Source: an uncultured Pseudomonadota bacterium
GTDB taxonomy: Bacteria > Pseudomonadota > Gammaproteobacteria > Burkholderiales > JALYOK01
Length of the DNA stretch: 64,000 bases
Assembly: GCA_963714525.1 (NCBI GenBank)
Contig: CAVQPB010000021.1
Span: 16,149-80,148, forward strand
Direction: 5' to 3'
Shown: positions 56,491-64,000 of the stretch, piece by piece
How positions within the stretch are numbered: position 1 is the first letter of the stretch
How the letters are laid out: the number at the start of each line of letters is the position of its first letter
The notes under the pieces: generated by a model
Seen by the model: the letters and a program-made list of their open reading frames with translations, nothing else
What the model was told of the DNA's origin: nothing
The model's database searches: none
Position numbers and translations under genes: made by a program

Positions 56491-58020
56491 TTATTCTTCG
56501 AGTAGTAGGTCGCGCTTGTGATAGTTCTCGAATTCGAGCCGCAGATTCACGCTCTTCCAAATTTTCACTTCCGCTTCCACCGTTGCCGCCGTGAGGGGAT
56601 TGCGTTCCAGCCACGCGGCGTCGATACCGAGGATGAATTCCTTTCCGGTGTAATCCAAGCGAACTTCCCCCAGCCGCGTCGCCATGCGGCCGCGGTGCAG
56701 CAACACCGCGAGGCGCAATGCCAGCACCGGCAGCCAATCCTCGGGGTTTTCAATTAGCGGCGCGAGCTTGGTGAGCGAGCCACGGCTGCCCAATACCCAA
56801 CGCGCGAGCGTAGCCTGCTCCATTTTCGAAAAGCCGGGCATGTCGGCATTGCCTAAAATATAGGCAGAGTGCTTGTGAAAGCTCGGGTAGGCGATCGACA
56901 GTCCGACCTCGTGCAACCGCGCCGCCCAGGCGAGATCCTGGAATACGTGTTCCGGGTTTGGGTGACGGGCGGCGAGTTGACTGAACAAGGCAGCGCTTAA
57001 TTTTTCCACCCGCGCCGCTTGTGGGTGATCGATTTGGTAGCGGCGCATGAATTGCTTCGCCGTGGTGTCGCGCACATCGCGCTGCTGAATGCGGCCGAGC
57101 ATGTCCCACAGCACGCCGTCGCGCAGGCCGCAATCGGTGGTATGCATCGCCGCGATGTGCAACTGGCGAAACACGGCGGACATAATCGCGAAGCCGCCGG
57201 CGAACACCGGTCGTCGATCTTCGCGCAGGCCGAGCAAATCCAGCTTGCGCACATCGCCCGCGCTCAACAGCTTGTCCTTGATCCAGGCCATGCCTTTGGG
57301 CGTGATGCCATTGGCGCCCATGTTTGCGGCTTCCAAGACTTCGGCGATGGCGCGCGCCGTGCCGCTCGAGCCGATGGCGTCTTTCCATTCGTTGGGCGTA
57401 AAGTCGTGGACGATGGTCTCAAGCTCGGTTGCCGCGGCGATTTCCGCTTCTTTAAAGGCTTTTGTGGACAGCTTCCCGTCAGCGAAATAGCGGCTGCTGA
57501 AACCGACGCAGCCCATGTACAAACTTTCCACCCGCACCGGCTGGAAACCGCGACCGATAATGCATTCCGTCGAGCCGCCGCCGATGTCGACCACCAAGCG
57601 GCGATCGCGGCGCAGCGGCAAGCCGTGGGCAACGCCGAGGTAGATCAAACGCGCCTCCTCATGGCCGGCGACGACTTCGATGGGAAAGCCCAAGGCTTTT
57701 TGCGCTTTGCGTAAAAACGCGTCGGAGTTTTTCGCGACTCGAAGGGTATTGGTGCCCACCGCCCGCACCGAATCCGCCGGCATGCCGCGCAGCCGTTCGC
57801 CGAAACGCTTCAGCGATGTCAGCGCGCGCTCTTGAGCATCCTCGCTTAAGGACTTATCATCATTAAGGCCCGCCGCTAAACGCACGGTTTCTTTGAGCGA
57901 GTCGAGCGGATAGATATGATCCTCTTCGACGCGCGCAACTTGCAGGCGAAAACTGTTGGAACCTAGGTCAACCGCGGCGATGATAGACAATTCATTCATA
58001 GAGTCAATGGCGACGCGCAC
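56491..58020 (-). CDS. ppx: exopolyphosphatase (Ppx/GppA family)
   Basis: AAVDLGSNSFRLQVARV..., VVDIGGGSTE and a C-terminal HD-like region. The start is GTG 58020 or ATG 57999. Confidence 0.9.
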   Translation of the reverse strand: MRVAIDSMNELSIIAAVDLGSNSFRLQVARVEEDHIYPLDSLKETVRLAAGLNDDKSLSEDAQERALTSLKRFGERLRGMPADSVRAVGTNTLRVAKNSDAFLRKAQKALGFPIEVVAGHEEARLIYLGVAHGLPLRRDRRLVVDIGGGSTECIIGRGFQPVRVESLYMGCVGFSSRYFADGKLSTKAFKEAEIAAATELETIVHDFTPNEWKDAIGSSGTARAIAEVLEAANMGANGITPKGMAWIKDKLLSAGDVRKLDLLGLREDRRPVFAGGFAIMSAVFRQLHIAAMHTTDCGLRDGVLWDMLGRIQQRDVRDTTAKQFMRRYQIDHPQAARVEKLSAALFSQLAARHPNPEHVFQDLAWAARLHEVGLSIAYPSFHKHSAYILGNADMPGFSKMEQATLARWVLGSRGSLTKLAPLIENPEDWLPVLALRLAVLLHRGRMATRLGEVRLDYTGKEFILGIDAAWLERNPLTAATVEAEVKIWKSVNLRLEFENYHKRDLLLEE

Positions 58021-58121
58021 AGAGCAGCGGGCGCAATGGGTGCGCTATTGTGCCATGCAATAATGGCTGCAACAGGTTTATTTCGGCTGTCACACAAACG
58101 TAATAATGGACTGCTAACCTT

Positions 58122-60215
58122 GTGAGCAATAAGTCTACCAAGTCTCTCCCTACCATGACACACGACTCCCAATTTCTCAACCGGGAGCTGGGCTATCTCG
58201 CCTTTAACCAACGGGTTCTGGATTTGGTGGAGGACGAAGATGTGCCTTTGCTGGAACGATTACGCTACCTGTCGATCGCCGATTCCAATCTGGACGAATT
58301 CTTCGAAATTCGCGTCGCCGGTTTAAAGGAGCAGATGCACTATCGCGCGCCGACCTTGAATCCCGACGGCCTCACGCCGCAGGAAACTTTTCGTTTGGTC
58401 GCGCCGCTTGCCCAATCCCTGGTCGAGCGCATGTACCGCATGTTCAACGACGTGATTCTTCCCGCCCTTAAGCAGGAAAACATCCACGTTCTGTATCGCG
58501 CCGAATGGACCGAAGAGCAGCGCGCCTGGATCAAAGCCTACTTTTTGCGTGAAGTGATGCCGGTATTGACGCCCATCGGCCTCGACCCGGCGCATCCTTT
58601 TCCCAAGCTGCTCAATAAGAGCCTCAACTTCGCCGTCGCGCTGACCGGCAAAGATGCATTCGGCCGCAATTCCGGCACGGCCGTATTGCAAGCGCCGCGC
58701 GCGTTGCCGCGACTGGTGCGGCTCCCCGATAACATCGCGGGAGCGGAATACAGCTTTGTGTTTTTGTCGTCGATCCTGCACGAGCACGTAAACGATCTGT
58801 TTACGGGCATGAACGCGACCGGGTGGTTTCAATTTCAAGTCACGCGCAATAGCGAACTCGATCTGGAAGAAGAAGACATCAAGAACCTGCGCTTGGCGTT
58901 GCAAGGGGAATTGACGCAGCGCCAATTCGGCGACGCGGTTCGGCTCGAGGTTGCCGACAACTGCTCGCCGGAAATGACGGAATTTCTGCTGCAACAGTTC
59001 GGCCTGGAACAAGAAGACTTGTACCGCGTGAACGGTCCGGTGAATCTCGGTCGCCTGGTGCAAATTCCCGATTCGGTGGACCGGCCGGAACTCAAGTTTC
59101 CCGTGTTTGTCCAAGGGTTGCCTTCGGAAATAACCAAGGCGAACGATATCTTCGCTTCGATTCGCAAAGGCGATATTCTTTTGCACCATCCGTTCCAGTC
59201 CTTTGCGCCGGTGGTGGAATTCATCCAACAGGCGGCGTCCGATCCCCATGTCGTCGCCATCAAACAAACGGTGTACCGCGCCGGGCGCGCATCGGATCTG
59301 ATCGAAGCGCTGATCGCCGCATCGGCGCGTGGCAAGGAAGTGACAGTGGTGGTGGAGTTACTGGCGCGATTTGACGAGGAGGCGAACATCAACTGGGCGG
59401 CGCGCCTGGAGGAGGTCGGCGCCCATGTGGTCTACGGCGTGTTCGGCTATAAAACCCATGCCAAAATGGCGATGGTGGTGCGGCGCGAGGAAGGGTTGCT
59501 GAAACGCTATGTCCATTTGGGCACCGGCAATTATCATGCACGCACCTCGAAGCTCTATACGGATTTTGGCTTACTCACCTGCAACGACGAGATGTGCGCG
59601 GACGTGAATGAAGTGTTCATGCAACTCACCGGTCTCGGCAAGGCGAGCAAACTGCATCACCTATGGCAAGCACCGTTTAATTTGCATACCCGCGTCATCA
59701 AAGCCATCGAGCAGGAAGCCAGGCACGCCGCCGAAGGCAAACCGGCGAAGATCATTGCCAAGCTCAATCAACTGACGGAGCCTAAGGTTATCAAGGCGTT
59801 ATACGCAGCGTCGCAAGCCGGTGTGAAAATCGACCTCATCGTTCGCGGCGTCTGTACGCTGCGGCCCGGTGTACCTGGACTGTCTGAGAATATTCGCGTG
59901 CGCTCGATCCTGGGCCGATTTCTCGAGCACACGCGCATTTATTATTTCCACAACAACAAGCTAGCCGACGTCTACGTCTCCAGTGCCGATTGGATGGAGC
60001 GTAACTTTTTTCGCCGTATCGAAGTCGCTATCCCGATCTTGGATGCGGCAGTGAAACGGCGCGTGATCAACGAAGGACTGAGTCCCTACCTCAAGGATAA
60101 CCGCAACACTTGGGAAATGTCGGCGGATGGCGATTACCGCCGCAAAGTCACGCGCCGCGGTAAGCTTTATGCAGCGCAGGACTCCTTGATCGCCGACCTC
60201 GCAAAACGGCGTTGA
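58122..60215 (+). CDS. ppk: polyphosphate kinase 1
   Basis: FLNRELGYLAFNQRVL..., YKTHAKMAMVVRRE and GTGNYH are PPK1 hallmarks. It is divergent from ppx. Confidence 0.95.
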   Translation: MSNKSTKSLPTMTHDSQFLNRELGYLAFNQRVLDLVEDEDVPLLERLRYLSIADSNLDEFFEIRVAGLKEQMHYRAPTLNPDGLTPQETFRLVAPLAQSLVERMYRMFNDVILPALKQENIHVLYRAEWTEEQRAWIKAYFLREVMPVLTPIGLDPAHPFPKLLNKSLNFAVALTGKDAFGRNSGTAVLQAPRALPRLVRLPDNIAGAEYSFVFLSSILHEHVNDLFTGMNATGWFQFQVTRNSELDLEEEDIKNLRLALQGELTQRQFGDAVRLEVADNCSPEMTEFLLQQFGLEQEDLYRVNGPVNLGRLVQIPDSVDRPELKFPVFVQGLPSEITKANDIFASIRKGDILLHHPFQSFAPVVEFIQQAASDPHVVAIKQTVYRAGRASDLIEALIAASARGKEVTVVVELLARFDEEANINWAARLEEVGAHVVYGVFGYKTHAKMAMVVRREEGLLKRYVHLGTGNYHARTSKLYTDFGLLTCNDEMCADVNEVFMQLTGLGKASKLHHLWQAPFNLHTRVIKAIEQEARHAAEGKPAKIIAKLNQLTEPKVIKALYAASQAGVKIDLIVRGVCTLRPGVPGLSENIRVRSILGRFLEHTRIYYFHNNKLADVYVSSADWMERNFFRRIEVAIPILDAAVKRRVINEGLSPYLKDNRNTWEMSADGDYRRKVTRRGKLYAAQDSLIADLAKRR

Positions 60216-60222
60216 TACCGCG

Positions 60223-61737
60223 ATGAACAACGAAGTCGAATTCAAGCTGCAGATCGCCGAATCGGATGTGTGGCGGCTGTTGCGCTTGCCGATGATAAAC
60301 GCGGTAACGCTGAAGAAATTTCCCGGCCGACGGCTACAAAATACCTATTACGACACCGCGGATTATCGGTTGCGCGAACGCGGTATCGCCGTGCGCCTGC
60401 GCCAAATCGGCGGCAAATGGTTGCAAACCATCAAGACCGAAGGCCGCGTCATCGCCGGGCTGCACGAGCGCCCGGAGTGGGAAAGCGAAACAACGGCGAA
60501 TACGCTCGACTTTAGCCGTCTAGAAGATGCCGAGCTTAAATCTTTGCTGCAGAAAACCCTAGCCGACGCGACTTTGCAGCCAGTGTTCAACACCGATTTC
60601 AATCGGCTCAGCCGTGTGTTGCAGTTTAGCGATGGCACCCAATGCGAGTTTGCCGTCGATCGCGGCAAGATTATCGCCGGTAGCCATGAAGCGACGATCG
60701 CTGAATTGGAACTTGAGATGATCGCCGGCAACGCTGCCGCGCTATTCGATTTCGTTCGCTCGCTGCTGGAACATGTGCCGCTGAAGCTAGCGCGAGACAG
60801 CAAGGCCGCACGTGGCTTCGCACTCGCGCTCGGCACGGTAACCAAGCCCTCGAAGGCGCCTCAGGCCGCGCTCGATAAGCACATGACCGCACAACAAGGT
60901 TTTGTCGCAATCGCGACCGCGTGCATGGATCACTTGATGGCCAACGAAGCGGGGTGCGTTGCCGCGGAGGATAGCGAATATCTGCATCAAATGCGTGTCG
61001 CTATCCGCCGCCTGCGTACCGCGATCCGTTTATTTGCCGACCATCTCGACGCCGAGCGAATGAATGCGATTATCGATGAATTGCGTTGGTTGGGCACGCA
61101 ACTAGGCACGACCCGGGACTTCGATGTTTTCCTGGAAGAAACCCTGCCACCGGTGATAGCTGCGTGGCCACAGCATCCAGGTCTTACACAGGTTCGCGAC
61201 GATATCGTTGCGCGACGAGATGTCGCGTCGGCAGCAAGTCGCGCAGCCGTGCAATCGGTGCGCTACCAACGCTTGCTGCTCGACATCGGTGCTTGGCTAA
61301 TCGCCCTATCTCATCCGGTGAGCGATACGGCTAACGGTGGCAGCGTTAAGTTAGCCGAGTTTGCCAATAACGCGCTGAAACGCCATCGCAAACAACTCAT
61401 CCGGCGCGCTCACCATCTGATGGAACTCAGCGCCGAAGAACGGCATCGGGTACGCATCAGCGGCAAGCGCTTGCGCTATGCGGCAGAATTTTTCTCGCCC
61501 CTGTTTCCGGCGAAGCGCAGCAAGCCCTACATTCAAGAACTGGCGAATCTGCAGACCATACTCGGTGTGCTGAACGACGCTGCGACGACGAAGAGTATTT
61601 TGTCTCTGCTAGCAAATGAAAAAGGCAAAGATGCCCAGGCGATCGTACAGACCTGGGTATCAGGCGTGACCCATGGTCATCTGGCTCATTTGCCGCAAGC
61701 CCATGCCCGATTTCTTGAACAGCAAAAGTTTTGGTGA
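60223..61737 (+). CDS. CYTH and CHAD domain-containing protein (triphosphatase-like, polyP-associated)
   Basis: N-terminal EVEFKLQI (ExExK of CYTH) and a C-terminal CHAD helical region (LHQMRVAIRRLRTAIRLF, RVRISGKRLRYAAEFF). Confidence 0.85.
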   Translation: MNNEVEFKLQIAESDVWRLLRLPMINAVTLKKFPGRRLQNTYYDTADYRLRERGIAVRLRQIGGKWLQTIKTEGRVIAGLHERPEWESETTANTLDFSRLEDAELKSLLQKTLADATLQPVFNTDFNRLSRVLQFSDGTQCEFAVDRGKIIAGSHEATIAELELEMIAGNAAALFDFVRSLLEHVPLKLARDSKAARGFALALGTVTKPSKAPQAALDKHMTAQQGFVAIATACMDHLMANEAGCVAAEDSEYLHQMRVAIRRLRTAIRLFADHLDAERMNAIIDELRWLGTQLGTTRDFDVFLEETLPPVIAAWPQHPGLTQVRDDIVARRDVASAASRAAVQSVRYQRLLLDIGAWLIALSHPVSDTANGGSVKLAEFANNALKRHRKQLIRRAHHLMELSAEERHRVRISGKRLRYAAEFFSPLFPAKRSKPYIQELANLQTILGVLNDAATTKSILSLLANEKGKDAQAIVQTWVSGVTHGHLAHLPQAHARFLEQQKFW

Positions 61738-61754
61738 ATTAGGGGTTCCTTAGT

Positions 61755-62207
61755 ATGGATATGATTTTATGGCGCCACGCCGAAGCGGAAAACACCGCGC
61801 CCGACGATGCTCGCGTTCTTACCGCTCGCGGCAGGCGGCAGGCGCGCGCGATGGCAAAGTGGTTGCGCGAGCACGTGAAAGGGCGCGTGCGCGTGGTCGC
61901 GAGCACGGCGCTGCGCGCACAGCAAACCGCTCAAGCTTTGGTGAACGAATTCGAAATCTCGCCCGATATCGCCGTCGGCGCAACCCCTCTCGATGTGATC
62001 AATATCGCGGGATGGCCGGAGGGCGAAGGCACCACTATTATCGTCGCCCATCAACCCACGCTCGGTCGTATCGCATCGTTACTCTTGACGGGAAAAGAGG
62101 CGGATGGGCAGATCAAAAAAGGCGCGATATGGTGGTTTCGCACTCGCGGCGAAGGAATGGAAATGGAGACGTTGTTACACGCGGTGATTTCACCGGAATT
62201 GCTCTAA
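61755..62207 (+). CDS. sixA: phosphohistidine phosphatase SixA-like (histidine phosphatase superfamily)
   Basis: 150 aa. ILWRHAEAE...LTARGRRQA...ASTALRAQQTA...VAHQP shows the RHG-type motifs. Confidence 0.75.
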   Translation: MDMILWRHAEAENTAPDDARVLTARGRRQARAMAKWLREHVKGRVRVVASTALRAQQTAQALVNEFEISPDIAVGATPLDVINIAGWPEGEGTTIIVAHQPTLGRIASLLLTGKEADGQIKKGAIWWFRTRGEGMEMETLLHAVISPELL

Positions 62208-62307
62208 TAGTTTTGAAGTCGATGGCCTGGGATGCGCATGGATAGTGCTTATCAAGACATGCCATGCCACGAGGCAAGCTGGAAGCGGCTTGTGGCGATG
62301 CTGTAGT

Positions 62308-62366
62308 CGTAAGGTGCGCAACGCGCACGCAGATTTGTTTGATCGGTGCGCGTTGCGCACTCTACG
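62308..62366. repeat. Repeat family D copy 2
   Basis: Arms are CGTAAGGTGCGCAACGCGCAC and GTGCGCGTTGCGCACTCTACG. The element lies 14 nt beyond the greB stop. Confidence 0.65.
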
Positions 62367-62380
62367 TTTGATAATTTTTT

Positions 62381-62938
62381 CTAAACCGTTGCGTATCGCA
62401 CGTCCAAAATCTGCAGTTCCCGCCGACCGGCCGGCGTCATGAGAACGACACTATCGCCTTCGCGCGCTTTTAACAGCGAGCGGGCCATCGGCGATATCCA
62501 CGAAATATGGTTTTTACCGGGGTCGGCTTCATCGATGCCGACGATGGTGTAGGTTGCTTCGGCGTTTTGATCGTCGACAACCGTCACGGTCGCGCCAAAA
62601 AAAATCTGATCCGTATCTTCACGCAGCGCGGGATCGACGACTTCGGCGTTCTCCAACCGCTTGCCCAAGTAACGCAGCCGCCGATCGATTTCGCGCAGCC
62701 GGCGTTTGCCGTAGATGTAATCGCCGTTCTCCGAGCGGTCGCCATTCGAGGCGGCCCAGTGTATCGTCTCCACCAGCTTCGGCCGCTCGCTTTTCCAAAG
62801 TCGATCGAATTCGGCGCGCATGCTCGTGTGCCCGGAAGGCGTCATGTAGTTCTTGCTGCCTATAGGCAATGCGGCAATGCCTTCGTCTTCGTCGTCTTCC
62901 GGCGCGTCGTCGTTTTCTTTAGTGAATGCTTTGCTCAT
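62381..62938 (-). CDS. greB: transcription elongation factor GreB (with acidic N-terminal extension)
   Basis: NYMTPSGHTSMRAEFDRLWKSERPKLVETIHWAASNGDRSENGDYIYGKRRLREIDRRLRYL is typical of GreB. Confidence 0.85.
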   Translation of the reverse strand: MSKAFTKENDDAPEDDEDEGIAALPIGSKNYMTPSGHTSMRAEFDRLWKSERPKLVETIHWAASNGDRSENGDYIYGKRRLREIDRRLRYLGKRLENAEVVDPALREDTDQIFFGATVTVVDDQNAEATYTIVGIDEADPGKNHISWISPMARSLLKAREGDSVVLMTPAGRRELQILDVRYATV

Positions 62939-62953
62939 AACGATGTCACCGCT

Positions 62954-64000
62954 TCAATAGGAGCGCGGTAATTCGAGCACGCGCTCCGCGATATAGTTCA
63001 GAATCATATGCGGGCTGACGGGCGCGATGCGGCAGATCATCACTTCGCGCAAATATCGCTCGACGTGATACTCCTTAGCGTAGCCATAGCCGCCGAGGGT
63101 CATCACCGCGGTTTGGCAGGCGTTGAATCCCGCTTCGGCGCCGAGGTATTTCGCCGCGTTGGATTCGGCGCCGCAGAGTAGCCCCGCGTCGTAGAGTGAT
63201 GCGGCTTTTAGCACCATCAGATTCGCCGCTTCGAGTTCCATCCAACATTCGGCGAGCGGATGTTGGATGCTTTGGTTTTGGCCTATGGGCCGGCCGAACA
63301 CGATGCGTTCCTTGGCATAACTCGCCGCCCGTTGCAGTGCCGCGCGGCCGATGCCGACCGCTTCCGCGCCGACTAAAGTTCGCTCGGGGTTGAGGCCGTG
63401 CAACAGATATTCGAAGCCGCGGCCTTCTTCGCCGATGCGATCGGCCATAGGCACAGGCAGCGCATCAATAAACAGTTGATTGGAGTCCACTGCGTGGCGC
63501 CCCATTTTGGGAATTTCACGAACCTCAACATAGCGGCGATCAAGATCGGTATAAAACAAGCTCAAGCCGAGGCTGGGCTTTGCGACGTTTTCAATCGGCG
63601 TTGTGCGCGCGAGGATCAACATTTTTTGTGCGACCTGTGCAGTCGAAATCCACACTTTCGCGCCGGAAAGCAAATAGCGATCGCCATTTAGAATGGCCTT
63701 GGTTTGCAAATGGGTTGTGTCGAGTCCGGTGTTGGGTTCGGTCACGGCGAAGCACGCTTTTTCGCGACCCGCGATCAGCGGCGGCAGCCAACGCTGTTTC
63801 TGTTCTTCGCTGCCGAACACCACCACCGGATTCAGCCCGAAAATATTCATGTGGATCGCCGATGCGCCGCTCATGGCTGCGCCGGATGCGGCGACGGTTT
63901 GCATCATCAGTGCGGCTTCGACAATGCCCAGCCCTGCGCCGCCGTAACGTTCCGGCATGGCGATGCCGAGCCAGCCGCCATCGGCGAATGCACGATGAAA
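62954..64000 (-). CDS. acyl-CoA dehydrogenase, 5' end beyond window
   Basis: The frame stays open to nt 64000 (FHRAFADGGWLGIAMPERYGGAGLG...). The C-terminal ...YLREVMICRIAPVSPHMILNYIAE is the ACAD fold. Confidence 0.85.
   Translation of the reverse strand, partial: FHRAFADGGWLGIAMPERYGGAGLGIVEAALMMQTVAASGAAMSGASAIHMNIFGLNPVVVFGSEEQKQRWLPPLIAGREKACFAVTEPNTGLDTTHLQTKAILNGDRYLLSGAKVWISTAQVAQKMLILARTTPIENVAKPSLGLSLFYTDLDRRYVEVREIPKMGRHAVDSNQLFIDALPVPMADRIGEEGRGFEYLLHGLNPERTLVGAEAVGIGRAALQRAASYAKERIVFGRPIGQNQSIQHPLAECWMELEAANLMVLKAASLYDAGLLCGAESNAAKYLGAEAGFNACQTAVMTLGGYGYAKEYHVERYLREVMICRIAPVSPHMILNYIAERVLELPRSY

Overview
This is a 64-kb chromosomal segment of a GC-rich (roughly 55-60% by eye) Gram-negative bacterium. 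Gene content and order (mreBCD-mrdA-rodA-rlpA divergent from gatCAB, ppx/ppk, spu-like polyamine genes) suggest a beta- or gamma-proteobacterium. No rRNA or tRNA was seen, so no firmer call is possible. About 60 protein-coding genes are supportable. (1) 0-10 kb holds mixed redox and housekeeping genes, including two tandem trypsin-like/TPR protease paralogues. (2) 10.1-23.7 kb is one long minus-strand polyamine uptake and catabolism cluster: agmatinase-family enzyme, PuuB-like oxidase, ald, GS-like PuuA/SpuB, SpuC-like aminotransferase, a PotF/PotG ABC importer with a fused PotH-PotI permease, a porin and a class-I GATase. Its intergenic gaps carry several REP/MITE-like palindromic repeat families, and ald carries a +1 frameshift. 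(3) 25.3-33.6 kb is a visibly lower-GC island and holds the most unusual content of the window. It contains a TumE/TumA-like TA pair, a decayed PIN gene and about 0.9 kb without convincing genes. It then carries an output-less CHASE2 membrane protein, translationally coupled to an unassignable secreted protein and facing a 1018-aa apparently exported TPR-CHAT (caspase-like) protease. A 22-nt direct repeat brackets this trio. (4) 33.6-37.0 kb is a TTQ amine dehydrogenase cluster, mauB-E-D-A plus a monohaem cytochrome c, with no mauF/G/L/M/N (an aau-like layout). (5) 37-64 kb holds core genes: birA-coaX, rlpA-rodA-mrdA-mreDCB, gatCAB, pyrE, xthA, plsY, xerD, ogt, ppx, ppk, CYTH-CHAD, sixA, greB and an acyl-CoA dehydrogenase. 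mrdA is also interrupted by a 1-nt frameshift. No CRISPR array, rRNA, tRNA, integrase or transposase was recognised. All family assignments come from reading the translations by eye and none has been verified by a database search. Coordinates of small repeats may be off by 1-2 nt.
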